DNA of 64,000 nt from an uncultured Solirubrobacterales bacterium (GTDB taxonomy: Bacteria; Actinomycetota; Thermoleophilia; Solirubrobacterales; Solirubrobacteraceae), in the NCBI GenBank assembly GCA_963779695.1, contig CAVZZH010000024.1:16669-80668 (forward strand), written 5' to 3'. A program made the position numbers and the translations under genes. The notes under the pieces are model-generated. The model was given only the letters and a program-made list of their open reading frames with translations, searched no databases and was not told the DNA's origin. Shown piece by piece: positions 20,057-29,703 of the stretch. Positions within the stretch are counted from its first letter, which is position 1, and every line of letters begins with the position of its first letter.

Positions 20057-20281
20057 CACCGTTCAGCCACGGCCGGGCGGAAACCCGACCTGCTTGCGCC
20101 CGTCGTCCCAGAGGATCGTCGGGACGATCCCGCGGTTGTTCGTGTAGCTCATCAGCTCGGCCTTCCAGGCCGCGCTCGTCGTGGCGTCGCGCTCCTCGAC
20201 GGTCTCGTGCTCGGAGGCGAAATGCTCCCGTGCCGCTTGGCAGTAGGGGCATGCGGGTTTGACGTACATGATGACGCTCAT
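20051..20281 (-). CDS. Glutaredoxin-like UXX-star-type selenoprotein (…VGFPPGRG-U-TVH*)
   Basis: CPYC motif, VPTI cis-Pro loop; in-frame TGA at 20065-20063 followed by three codons and TAG; SECIS-like hairpin directly downstream. Confidence 0.85.
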
Positions 20282-20332
20282 AACGCTGAGCACCTGAGGA
20301 TAATCGAGCCGCGCCGAGGACCTACGCGCCGC

Positions 20333-20740
20333 TCATCGCCCGGCCTTGAGCTTCCGCCAACCCCCGGCGCGGTTGTTGTCCGCGATCTGGCGCAGCATCG
20401 TCGTCAGCGCCTCCGTCCGGACCGGGTCGCCCTCATAGAACGCAATCATCCGCGCCGTCTTGTTCTCATGGCCGGAGGTGATGATGCCGTCCGGGTCGGG
20501 CACGATCGCGCCGTCGTAGAGGAACAGATTGACGTGGTCCTTGGTGGCGAGCAGCGCGCACACGTTCCCGCTCAGCACGAAGTAGGGGAGCACCTTCCGC
20601 TTGACGGTCTCGCGGATCTCCGGGTCGGCGGCGTGGATGAGCTCACGCAACTCCCCGCACAGCCGCCGCTGCCAATCGGGGAGCGCGTCGATGTACTGAT
20701 CGACGCGCGGATCGCGCTCGTCGGCCCCCGTGGCGCTCAT
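20333..20740 (-). CDS. DUF1801 (YdhG-like) domain protein
   Basis: DPRVDQYIDALPDWQ…LRELIHAADPEIRETVK..PYF…KDHVNLFLYDG. Confidence 0.85.
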   Translation of the reverse strand: MSATGADERDPRVDQYIDALPDWQRRLCGELRELIHAADPEIRETVKRKVLPYFVLSGNVCALLATKDHVNLFLYDGAIVPDPDGIITSGHENKTARMIAFYEGDPVRTEALTTMLRQIADNNRAGGWRKLKAGR

Positions 20741-20768
20741 CGGAGGTCCGCCCAGGCCATTCGCGGAT

Positions 20769-21003
20769 TCATCGCGCGCCCCCAGGGTTGCGGCGGTATC
20801 GCCAGGCGCTGGCACGCGCCGCGAGCCGCATGATCAGCGGCGGTGGCTGGAGTCCGAGCTGAGCGAGCATCGTCGGGAGGTCCTCCTGGTGCCAGACCTC
20901 GACGAACAGCCCGTTCTCGGCCCGGAACACCTCCTGTCCGGTCATGGTGACCGGACGGCCGGGCGGCTGGCCCTCGTAGGCGTTGTGATCGACGAGCTCG
21001 GCG
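20769..21003 (-). pseudogene. Internally deleted SnoaL-like ester cyclase remnant
   Basis: Minus frame reads AELVDHNAYEGQPPGRPVTMTGQEVFRAENGLFVEVWHQEDLPTMLAQLG…*; upstream in-frame stop and no proper start. Confidence 0.65.
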
Positions 21004-21223
21004 TGCCGTCCACGACGCAGACGCTACCGGGATCGGCCCCGGCGTTGGAAACCAACCGTCGCGCCGTCATCGCGTGCACTCCGGGCAGGATCGGCGCGCT
21101 CATCCGGGTCCTGCACTAGGCCGCGGAGCCGCCGATCGGTATCGTCGCGAGGGGCCACACCGCCACGTGGACCGGGAGACGCTCTTGCTTTTTATCCACC
21201 CCCTCGGCCGAGCGAGGCCGTAG

Positions 21224-24085
21224 GTGGCACACATGGCCGAATCGACCCGTGCAACCGGAGCCGAGCCGCCGGACGCGTTCCGGCTCGCCTTTGACGAGGC
21301 GCCGATCGGGATGGCCCTGGTCGACATCGATGGCCGCTGGTTGCGGGTCAACCGGTCATTGTGCGAGCTCACCGGCTACACCGCCGACGAGCTGCTGGCC
21401 GGTCGTTTTCAGGACATCACCTATCCCGATGACCTCGAGTCAGATCTGGAGTACGTCAAGCAGACGCTCGCCGGCGAGCGGCGCGGCTACCGGATGGACA
21501 AGCGCTACGTCCGCAAGGACGGCGAGATCGTGTGGGTCAGCCTCTCCGTATCGCTGGTCCGGGACGCCGGAGGGGCGCCGCTCGTGTTCGTCTCCCAGAT
21601 CGAGGACATCACCGAACGCCGGCGGCTGATCGCCGAGCTCGAGCAGCGGGGGCGGCTCATGGATCGCGCGCACGACGCGATCATCGTCCGCGACGCCGAC
21701 CGCAGCACGGTGACGTACTGGAACGTGGAGGCGGAGCAGGTCTATGGCTACGCCGCCTCGGTGGCCCTCGGACAGGTCAGCCACGAACTTCTCCGGACCG
21801 AGTTCCCAGAATCACGGGCGGTCGTCGACTCCGCGCTCCACGAGCACGGGCGGTGGGAGGGCCAGCTGTGGCACACCTGCCGTGACGGTCGCCGGCTGCT
21901 CGTCTCCTCACGCCAGGCGCTCGAGCGCGGCCCGGACGGCGAGGCGCGGGCGATCATCGAGCTCAATTCGGACATCACCGAATCGCGGCGGGTCCAGTTG
22001 GCGCTCGCCGAGGCCGAGGAACGGCATCGGCTCGTCGTCGAGACGCTCGCCGAGGGCGTCGTGTTGTTCGATGAGCAGGGTCGCAACATCCAGACGAATC
22101 CGGCGGCGGCGCGAATGATCGGGATGCCGGCCGAGGAGGCCGCAGGGGCGGGTGCCGATGATCCCCGTTGGCGGATGGTCCGTGAGGACGGCACCGAGTT
22201 CGCGGCCGGCGAGCGACCAGCGGAGGTCACCCGGCTCACGGGAGAGCCACAGACCGATGTGGTGATGGGCATGCGATCGCCGGACGGGAAACTGCTCTGG
22301 CTGTCGGTCAACACCCGCGTGATCGGAAGTGGGGAGGGCCCGCCGTTCCAGGTGGTCGCGTCGTTCGACGACATCACGAGCCTCAAGCGGGCCGAGCACG
22401 AGGCGCGCCAGCGGCTCTCCGAACTCGAGCGAGCCGTCGGGCAGGACGTGACCGTCCTGGAGGCGCTCGTCGCCCAGAGTGAGGTCGGTCTGGCGTTCCT
22501 TGACCGTGAGCTCCGATACGTGCACATCAACGACGCGCTGGCTGCGATCAACGGGCTGCCGGTCGAAGCGCACATCGGGCACACGATGGTCGATCTGTTC
22601 GGGGAGCAGGCGACGGGCACGGAGCAGCTCGTCGTCTCGGTCCGGGACAGTGGCACGCCCCTCACCGACCACGAACACACCGGACCGCCGCCGTGGGACG
22701 GCATCACATACCGCGTCAGCTACTGGCCGGTCCGCGACCGCGCCGGGGAGCTGCTCGGGGTGAGCGCGATGGTCGTCGACATCACTGCGGAGAAGCAGGC
22801 CGACCAGGAGCGGGAGCGGCTGCTGGCGCGCGAGCGCCGCGCGGCCGACCGACTGGTCCGCCTCCAGCGCGTCACCGCGGCGCTGACGGGAGCGCTCAGC
22901 GTGACCGACGTCGCTGAGGTCCTGGTCCGCGAGGCGACCGCTGCGATCGACATCCCGCGCGGGTGGGTCGCGTTCCTGTCGCCCGACGGGGGCGCGTTGG
23001 AATGGCGCGCGAGCGTCGGCTACGACGACGCCGAGCGTGAGCGGTTCGGACGCGTCGCCCTCGACGCAGTCTCGCCCGGGCCCGACGCGATGCGCGACGG
23101 CCGGCCCCGCTTCTTCTCCACCGCCGAGGAGCAGGCTCGTGCCTATCCCGGCCACGCGGAGGCCTACCGGGAGGCGGGCAACGAGGCCGGCGCGGTGCTC
23201 CCCATCCTCTCGGGCCGCGGCCCGCTGGGAACCATCGGACTGTCCAGCCCGGAGCCGCACCCGTTCGCGGCCGACGACCGGGCGCTGCTGGAGACGATCT
23301 CACGCCTGTGTGCGCAGGCGCTTGAGCGCGCCGGGCTCTACGAGCGTGAGCACACGACCGCCCAGACACTCACCCGCAGCCTGGTGCCGGCGCACCTCCC
23401 GGCGATTCCCGGGGTCGCGCTCGGCCATCGCTATGCGCCGACGCCACTGTTGCATTCCGAGGTGGGGGGCGACTTTTACGACGTGATTCCGCTCGACGGC
23501 GACAAGTGGCTGCTGGTCGTCGGCGACGTGGCCGGGAAGGGTCCCGGTGCGGCGGCGCTCACCGGGCTCGCCCGCTACACGCTGCGTGCCGAGGCCCGGC
23601 ACGACAGCCGGCCAGACCAGCTGCTCGCCGTCCTCAACGACGCGATCCTCTCCCAGCGCTCGGACGGCCGCTTCTGTACGGTCGCGTGCGCCCGCTTGGA
23701 CCTCAGCGATGCGGCCGCGCCCGGGCTCGAGCTGAGCACAGCGGGTCACCCGCCGCCGCTGCTGCTCCATGCCGACGGCCGGGCAGAAGTGATCGACTCA
23801 ACCGGTCGGCTCCTCGGCGTGTTCGACCGCGCCACGTACACCTCGAAGCGCGTCACGTTCCCGCCGCAGAGCACCCTGGTCCTGTACACGGACGGTCTCC
23901 TGGAGGCGAGCGCTCCCGAACGAGAGCTCACGCCGGAGGACCTCGCTGCCAGCCTCGCGGACGGGCAGTCCACCGACCCGCAGGAGCTCGTCGATCGGCT
24001 CTACGCGCGCGCCGTCACCGGCCGCGAACAGGCGCCTCGTGACGACATCGCGATCCTCGCCGTCCGGGTGCTGCACGTTTCGTAG
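21224..24085 (+). CDS. Multi-PAS/GAF sensor PP2C (SpoIIE/RsbU-family) phosphatase
   Basis: Four PAS-like repeats, GAF domain, VGGDFYD, VGDVAGKG, AGHPPP, LYTDGL, DDIA. Confidence 0.93.
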   Translation: MAHMAESTRATGAEPPDAFRLAFDEAPIGMALVDIDGRWLRVNRSLCELTGYTADELLAGRFQDITYPDDLESDLEYVKQTLAGERRGYRMDKRYVRKDGEIVWVSLSVSLVRDAGGAPLVFVSQIEDITERRRLIAELEQRGRLMDRAHDAIIVRDADRSTVTYWNVEAEQVYGYAASVALGQVSHELLRTEFPESRAVVDSALHEHGRWEGQLWHTCRDGRRLLVSSRQALERGPDGEARAIIELNSDITESRRVQLALAEAEERHRLVVETLAEGVVLFDEQGRNIQTNPAAARMIGMPAEEAAGAGADDPRWRMVREDGTEFAAGERPAEVTRLTGEPQTDVVMGMRSPDGKLLWLSVNTRVIGSGEGPPFQVVASFDDITSLKRAEHEARQRLSELERAVGQDVTVLEALVAQSEVGLAFLDRELRYVHINDALAAINGLPVEAHIGHTMVDLFGEQATGTEQLVVSVRDSGTPLTDHEHTGPPPWDGITYRVSYWPVRDRAGELLGVSAMVVDITAEKQADQERERLLARERRAADRLVRLQRVTAALTGALSVTDVAEVLVREATAAIDIPRGWVAFLSPDGGALEWRASVGYDDAERERFGRVALDAVSPGPDAMRDGRPRFFSTAEEQARAYPGHAEAYREAGNEAGAVLPILSGRGPLGTIGLSSPEPHPFAADDRALLETISRLCAQALERAGLYEREHTTAQTLTRSLVPAHLPAIPGVALGHRYAPTPLLHSEVGGDFYDVIPLDGDKWLLVVGDVAGKGPGAAALTGLARYTLRAEARHDSRPDQLLAVLNDAILSQRSDGRFCTVACARLDLSDAAAPGLELSTAGHPPPLLLHADGRAEVIDSTGRLLGVFDRATYTSKRVTFPPQSTLVLYTDGLLEASAPERELTPEDLAASLADGQSTDPQELVDRLYARAVTGREQAPRDDIAILAVRVLHVS

Positions 24086-24226
24086 CTAGTCGGCCCCACT
24101 AGGGATCTGCACGCGTCTGACCGCGAGATTCGCCAACATGAGGGGCGCCTGGGACTCGCGCACCGAGGGGCTCTACCTATTCGTCACGAACCGCCACGAC
24201 AGCACGCTGCCATCACCCGAGGTCGC

Positions 24227-25677
24227 GTGCTGCTCATCACGCTGCTATTTGGCGCACTCCTCGTGCCACCCGCCCGAGCCGCGTCGACCGCGCCGGCGCC
24301 CAACGCCACGGTCTCGGTCGGCTCGGTGCTGCGCTCGATCCCGGACTCGTTCTTAGGGCTCTCGATCGAGTTCGACGAGCTGGCGCGCTACGAGCGCCTG
24401 CCCGCGTTCGCGACGTTCCTCAGCCAGCTTGAGACCCCGGGAACGGGTGCGCTGTCGCTCCGGATCGGCGGCGAGAGCGCGGACAACACGTACCTCTCGC
24501 AGTCGCAGAAGTTGCCGGGGTGGTCGTACTTTCTCACCCCGACGTGGTTCGCGCAGCTGTCGAATCTGATCGCGGCGGCCCACCTCCGCGTGATCTTTGA
24601 TCTCAACCTCGCGGTCCGCTCGTCCGCGCAGGCCTCGCAGATGGCACGCGAAACAGTCGGGGCGCTCCCCGCGGGCTCGATCCAGGCGTTCGAGGTCGGT
24701 AACGAACCGGATCTGTTCCGATTCGGCGTCGTCGGGATTCGCAAGGTCCGCGTCCGGGACCCGGGCGTGTTCGGCTGGGCGTTCAACTACACGCCGCGGT
24801 CATACGTGTCTGAGTTCAACGCCTACGCCGCCGCGGTGCGCTCGAGCGCCCGGCCGGCATCCGGCTCGCCGGTCCGGCTTCAGCGGATCCGAGCACGACG
24901 TGGTGGAACGGGCTGCCGGCCGGTCGGGGCAAGCTCGCGGTTGTGAGCATCCACCGGTATCCGTTCGCCGCCTGCGGCCGGCCGAACACGCCGCAGTACC
25001 CGACCTCCGCCGGCTTTCTCAGCGCCGCCGCATCGACGGGCTTGGCCCAGAGTGTCGGCGCGTCGCTGACGCTCGCCCATCGCCGCCATCTGCCGCTACG
25101 GATCACCGAGCTCGGCTCGGCGTCATGCACCGGTCATGCCGGCGCGACGGACACGTTCGCCACCGCGCTGTGGGCGCCGGATGCGCTCTTCAGCCTGCTC
25201 GCGGCCGGCGTCGACGGCGTCAACGTCCACAGCCGCTGGAAGACCCCGAACACGCCGCTCAACGGCGTGCCCGTCCTCCAGGCCCGACCGCTCTTCTACG
25301 GGCTGGTCACGTTCGCGCGGATGCTCGGACCCGGTGCCCGACTGCTGCGGACGACCGTTCACTCGTCCTCCGCGCTCGCCCTGTCGGCCTGGGTCGTGCA
25401 GGCGCGGGACGGATCGACGCGGACGCTGCTCATCAACAAGGCACGCAACCGGCTGACGGTCGGCGTGGGACTCCCGACGCGGTCGGCGGCGATCTCCGAA
25501 GCACTGCGGGCGCCGGGGGCGACCGCCACCTCGGGACTCACGCTGGGTGGCCAGACACTCGGCTCCGACGGCCTCTGGCACGGCACCGCGTCCGCCATCG
25601 CGGTGCCGCGCAGCAGCTCGGGGTTGTACATGACGACGGTGCCGGGGTACAGCGCAGTACTGCTCGCCGCCCGGTAA
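24227..25677 (+). CDS. Secreted glycoside hydrolase family 79-like protein (one frameshift at ~24850)
   Basis: FLGLSIE, LRIGGESAD, FEVGNEPD (acid/base), RITELGS (nucleophile), TFATALWAPD; the frame is restored by one extra C in a C-run. Confidence 0.8.
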
Positions 25678-25717
25678 ACGCCGGACGACGAGCAGTCCGC
25701 AGAACGTCTGAGGCTGG

Positions 25718-26314
25718 TTACGCGGTGACGGTGATGTGCCCGCGCATGTAGCCGTCATGGGCCATCGCCCACGGGTCACACGGGTAGGCGCAGAACCACT
25801 GATAGGTGCCGGGCTTCGTCGGCGCCTTGAAGGTGAACTTCGTGACCTTCGGCCCTGTCTTTGAGGCGCCGGGGATCTTGGCGTTGAGGTTGAGATCCGG
25901 CGCGGTGTACGAGTGCGGCGCGTCGTCGTAGTTGGCGACGGTCACGGTGACGGTCTGGCCGGCCTTGACGGTGACGTTGCCGCCGAGGATCGCGTCATGC
26001 CACTGGCCGTCAGGGCCCTTCTTGGCGTGCTCGGTGTCGGACTTCACGGTCATGTTCACGGCCAGCGGCGCGACCGCGGGAACGGAGCTCGCCGGGGTCG
26101 AGGACTGAATCGTGACCGTGCGCGGGCCGGTGTTGGGGCTCTTCGACGACAGGGCCACGATGGACACGATGATCGCGGCGATCGACAGCAGGCCGGCGAG
26201 GCCGACGCCGACGGCGAGCCATTCATGCCATGCGCGTGAGTTCTCGGAATCGCCCCCCGCGGGCTGCGGGGTACGACCGTTGGTTTCCGGGGGTTTTGCG
26301 GTTTCAGTTGCCAT
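25718..26314 (-). CDS. Membrane-anchored cupredoxin (blue-copper-like) protein
   Basis: RBS AGGAGG; TM segment; V.AGQTVTVTVAN.D..PH, APTKPGTYQWFC…C…H.GYM. Confidence 0.8.
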   Translation of the reverse strand: MATETAKPPETNGRTPQPAGGDSENSRAWHEWLAVGVGLAGLLSIAAIIVSIVALSSKSPNTGPRTVTIQSSTPASSVPAVAPLAVNMTVKSDTEHAKKGPDGQWHDAILGGNVTVKAGQTVTVTVANYDDAPHSYTAPDLNLNAKIPGASKTGPKVTKFTFKAPTKPGTYQWFCAYPCDPWAMAHDGYMRGHITVTA

Positions 26315-26470
26315 GCGGACGCCTCCTGAGGGGGGTAGGTCCACGAACACCTGAAATGTCGACGGCGGCGACTTTTCGCGCATCCGTAGCCCGAGGCCGA
26401 GTCGCGTGCCGTTCCACGGAGGGCGCGCCGGGGTTTTCCCCGGATCACGGCGCTCATGGAACGGCCGTTT

Positions 26471-27721
26471 ATGGCCGACACGATCGGTGTGCGGTTGACG
26501 CGCACCAGCCGGAATGACGCTGCCCGCCTGATCCTGGGCGGCGCCGTCGTCGTGCTCGTGGCGATCTGGGTGGCGTGGCTCGGTTTCCGCACCCAGGTGA
26601 TGGGCGACTACCGCAACTGGTTCGCCCCGTCGACGAACGCGCTCCTCAGCGGCCACGTCGGGTCGTTCTTCTCCCTGCTGCCGACGGACGGCGCCGGCGG
26701 ATCGGTGCTCCTCCGCGCCCCATTCGCCTTCCTCGGCAAGGAACTCGTCGGCGGGCAGCACGCGATCTTCCGCTTCGGCGCGCTCGCGTGCGTGCTCGCG
26801 ACGGTCGCCGCAGCGATGCCGCTCGTGCGCACGATGCGGGAGTCGGGCCGTCCGCCGCTCGCTCGCGTCGCCCTCGTCGCGCTGTTCCTGCTGACGCCGG
26901 CCGTGCTCGACGCGATCTTCTTTGGCCATCCTGAGGAGGGGCTCGGCGCGGCGCTCTGCATCGGCTCGGTGCTGTGCGCCGCGAGTGGCCGCAGCGAGCT
27001 CGCCGGTGGGCTGCTCGGCCTGGCGATCATCAACAAGCCATGGGGTGTGCTCGCCATCCTGCCGGCGCTGCTCGCCGCTCCGCGCGGCCGGCTCCGGCTG
27101 CTCGGGGTCGCCGGCCTGATCGCCGGCGGCTGGACAGCGGCGACCTACGTGGGGAGCCCCAGCAACTTCCGCCACAGCCTGCTCACATCAAGCAGCGCCG
27201 TCGTCGCCCATCCCCAGGATCTGTGGTGGCCGCTCGCCCGGCTTCACGTCGCGGCCGGCACGACGCCCTGGTATTCGCCGCCGGCGCTGATCGGCGCGCA
27301 CGCCCGCACGCTTGCCGTGCTCGTGGCGGTGCCGCTCGCGGTTCCGATCGCCAGACGCCGCGAGCGAACGGTCGATGACGCGATCGCCCTGCTCGCGCTG
27401 CTATTCCTGCTGCGCTGCGTGCTCGACCCGAGCAACCACGTCTACTACCAGGTGCCGTTCGTGCTCGCGCTCGCGGCCTGGGAGGCGCGCACGCGGGGCA
27501 CGCCGCTGCTGTCGCTCGTGAGCCTCGGTGGCTTCTGGTTCATCTTCCACACGGTGTCCGGCACGGGCAGCCTGACCGCGCAGTTTTTCGCCTACATGGC
27601 GCTCGTGACGCCCCTCGCCGGCTACCTGGCAGCAGTCATCCTCGGCGGACGGATGGGTATCGTGCATTCCAGTGATCGTCACCGACTCGGTCCAGGCATA
27701 TCTCGCGGCGTCGCGTCCTGA
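26471..27721 (+). CDS. GT-C fold (GT87/DUF2029-like) polyprenyl-phosphate-sugar glycosyltransferase
   Basis: ~10 TM helices, D-Y in the first loop, GHPEE, NKPW, DPSNHVYY; paralogous to 29704-30933. Confidence 0.7.
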   Translation: MADTIGVRLTRTSRNDAARLILGGAVVVLVAIWVAWLGFRTQVMGDYRNWFAPSTNALLSGHVGSFFSLLPTDGAGGSVLLRAPFAFLGKELVGGQHAIFRFGALACVLATVAAAMPLVRTMRESGRPPLARVALVALFLLTPAVLDAIFFGHPEEGLGAALCIGSVLCAASGRSELAGGLLGLAIINKPWGVLAILPALLAAPRGRLRLLGVAGLIAGGWTAATYVGSPSNFRHSLLTSSSAVVAHPQDLWWPLARLHVAAGTTPWYSPPALIGAHARTLAVLVAVPLAVPIARRRERTVDDAIALLALLFLLRCVLDPSNHVYYQVPFVLALAAWEARTRGTPLLSLVSLGGFWFIFHTVSGTGSLTAQFFAYMALVTPLAGYLAAVILGGRMGIVHSSDRHRLGPGISRGVAS

Positions 27722-28325
27722 GCCCGATCCACTGCTCGCGGAGATGGAAGCGCACGGCGAGCGTGACGGGGTCCCGATCGTCGTCCCGGAGACCGGGAGC
27801 CTGCTGCAGATCCTCGCGCTCGCCCGTGGCGCTCGGCGGATCGTCGAGGTCGGCACGGCGATCGGCGTCTCGACGCTGTACCTCGCGCGGGCCCTGCCCG
27901 CCGACGGCCTGATCGTTTCGTTTGAGATCGATCCCGAGCGGCATGCATCCGCCCGTGGGTATCTCGAGCGGGCCGGCGTCCTCGATCGGGCCGACCTCCG
28001 GCTCCAGGATGCCCGAGCCGGGCTTACCACCCTCGAGGCTCCCTTCGACATGGCGTTCATCGACGGCGTCAAGGCGCAATACGGGGACTACCTCGACGCA
28101 CTGCTGCCCCTGCTCGGGCCTGGCGGCGTGCTCGCGGTCGACAACGTCCTGGCGTCCGGCACGGTCGCCGAGGGACGCGGGAACGGCGAGTGGAGCGACG
28201 AGCAGGTCGCGGGCCTCCGGGCATTCAACGAGCGCCTGCTGACCGATGAGCGGCTGACCGGCACCGTGACGCCCGTCGGGGACGGCGTGCTGATCGCCGT
28301 CCGTGACCCCGAGGTGGACGCATGA
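27672..28325 (+). CDS. SAM-dependent O-methyltransferase (CCoAOMT/COMT-like)
   Basis: IVEVGTAIGVS, FEID, FDMAFIDG.K..Y, GGVLAVDNVL, GDGV. Confidence 0.92.
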   Translation: MIVTDSVQAYLAASRPEPDPLLAEMEAHGERDGVPIVVPETGSLLQILALARGARRIVEVGTAIGVSTLYLARALPADGLIVSFEIDPERHASARGYLERAGVLDRADLRLQDARAGLTTLEAPFDMAFIDGVKAQYGDYLDALLPLLGPGGVLAVDNVLASGTVAEGRGNGEWSDEQVAGLRAFNERLLTDERLTGTVTPVGDGVLIAVRDPEVDA

Positions 28326-28528
28326 GCACCGGCTCCGGCAACGGACGGGAACAGCGCGTGACGTGCACGGCATGTCGCGGCACCGGCCAGCTCGTCTCGG
28401 GCCTCGGCGGTGACCCGCACGAGGTCACCTGCCCATGGTGTGGCGGGGACGGCGTGTTCCACGCCGGTCGTGACGCCCAGGCCTCAGCGCCGGCGGACCC
28501 GAGCGGTCAGACCGGCGACACCGCCTAA
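28322..28528 (+). CDS. Small DnaJ-type zinc-finger protein
   Basis: CTACRGTG…CPWCGGDG; ATGA overlap with the upstream gene. Confidence 0.7.
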   Translation: MSTGSGNGREQRVTCTACRGTGQLVSGLGGDPHEVTCPWCGGDGVFHAGRDAQASAPADPSGQTGDTA

Positions 28529-28627
28529 TCGCGGCCCGAGCTCAGTTTCGCGCGCAGCGGTCGATTACCGATGTGGGAGGCGGGTTCGTCCTGCCACCAC
28601 ACGGTCAACTTGTCATGCGGAGAACGA

Positions 28628-29077
28628 ATGCGTCGCGTGCGTGCAGGGCGGATGGTGGAGGAGAGCGGGTTCAGCCTGATCGAACTCGTCGTCGTCATCC
28701 TGATCATCGGCCTGCTCGCCGCGGTCGCGATCCCGACGTTTCTCAGCCAGGAGAGCAAGGCGAACGACGCGGCTGCCAAGGCGCAGGCCCGGACGGCCGA
28801 GACCGCGGCCGAAACGCTCGCCACCGATAACAACAGCAACTTCGCGACGCTCAGCGTCAGCGCCGTTCAGTCGGTCGAACCGACGCTGCGCGACACGACG
28901 GGCGCGACGCTCGTCACCGCGACGCCGGATCCCGGCAACAAGGGCTTCACGGTCACGTCGCTGTCGCCGGACGGCAACACGTTCACGATTCACCGTGACT
29001 CGGACGGCATCACAACACGAACATGTGTCCAGGCGCTGCCGACCGCGCCGGCCGGGTGCGTGGGCGGAAAGTGGTGA
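28628..29077 (+). CDS. Type IV pilin (second paralog)
   Basis: Class III signal G|FSLIELVVVILIIGLLAAVAIP; C-terminal Cys pair ending C..GKW; start uncertain (28571/28628/28652). Confidence 0.92.
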   Translation: MRRVRAGRMVEESGFSLIELVVVILIIGLLAAVAIPTFLSQESKANDAAAKAQARTAETAAETLATDNNSNFATLSVSAVQSVEPTLRDTTGATLVTATPDPGNKGFTVTSLSPDGNTFTIHRDSDGITTRTCVQALPTAPAGCVGGKW

Positions 29078-29106
29078 CGCGGGTTCAATCGTTCGTCCAA
29101 CTGCGC

Positions 29107-29134
29107 TAAGTCACAGGTCCTCGACAGTCGATAC
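29107..29134 (+). promoter_or_regulatory. Putative sigma28-type promoter of the major pilin
   Basis: TAAG-N16-GTCGATAC, ~80 nt upstream of the ATG. Confidence 0.55.
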
Positions 29135-29216
29135 AGGGAGTGCCAGAGGGATGCAAGTGCAACGCCTCGCGGAATCTGGCGACGTGTAAATACACCAAAA
29201 GATCCCGGGAGGATCC

Positions 29217-29663
29217 ATGCTTTCTAAGTTTCGTCGTCGCGCCGAGGACGAGAAGGGTTTCACCCTGATCGAGCTCCTCGTCGTGATCTTGATCATCGGC
29301 ATCCTTGCCGCGATCGCGATCCCGTCCTTCCTGAACCAGAAGGGCAAGGCAAATGACGCTGCCGCCAAGTCGCAGGCCCGCACGGCCCAGACTGCGGCGG
29401 AGACGTACGGCACCGACAACAACGGCTATGCCCGCATGACAGTTGGCTCGCTCCAGACCATCGAGAGCACGCTGAACGACACGACGCTCCGCCACGCCGG
29501 CAGTCGTCGCCGCGGCGAAGGACAACTACGCGGTCTCATCGACCTCGAACGCGACCGGCGACTCGTTCACGATCACGCGCGCCACACCGGCCAGGTGACC
29601 CGGTCCTGCACGAATGGCACCGGCGCGGGTAGCCCGGGTGGCTGCGTCGCCAACAAGTGGTAA
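29217..29663 (+). CDS. pilA: Major type IV pilin (internal compensating +1/-1 frameshift pair, ~29487 and ~29585)
   Basis: RBS GGGAGG; KG|FTLIELLVVILIIGILAAIAIP; C-terminal disulfide loop C…GGCVANKW. Confidence 0.9.
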   Translation: MLSKFRRRAEDEKGFTLIELLVVILIIGILAAIAIPSFLNQKGKANDAAAKSQARTAQTAAETYGTDNNGYARMTVGSLQTIESTLNDTTLRHAGSRRRGEGQLRGLIDLERDRRLVHDHARHTGQVTRSCTNGTGAGSPGGCVANKW

Positions 29664-29703
29664 TCGTCTGATTCCTGACTGTACGGCGAGCGGGGGTGCC
29701 CAA

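Noticed and set aside
26315-26460. Possible riboswitch in the cupredoxin leader
   Set aside because: Only a short palindrome is evident, with no match to riboswitch consensus sequences I can recognise.
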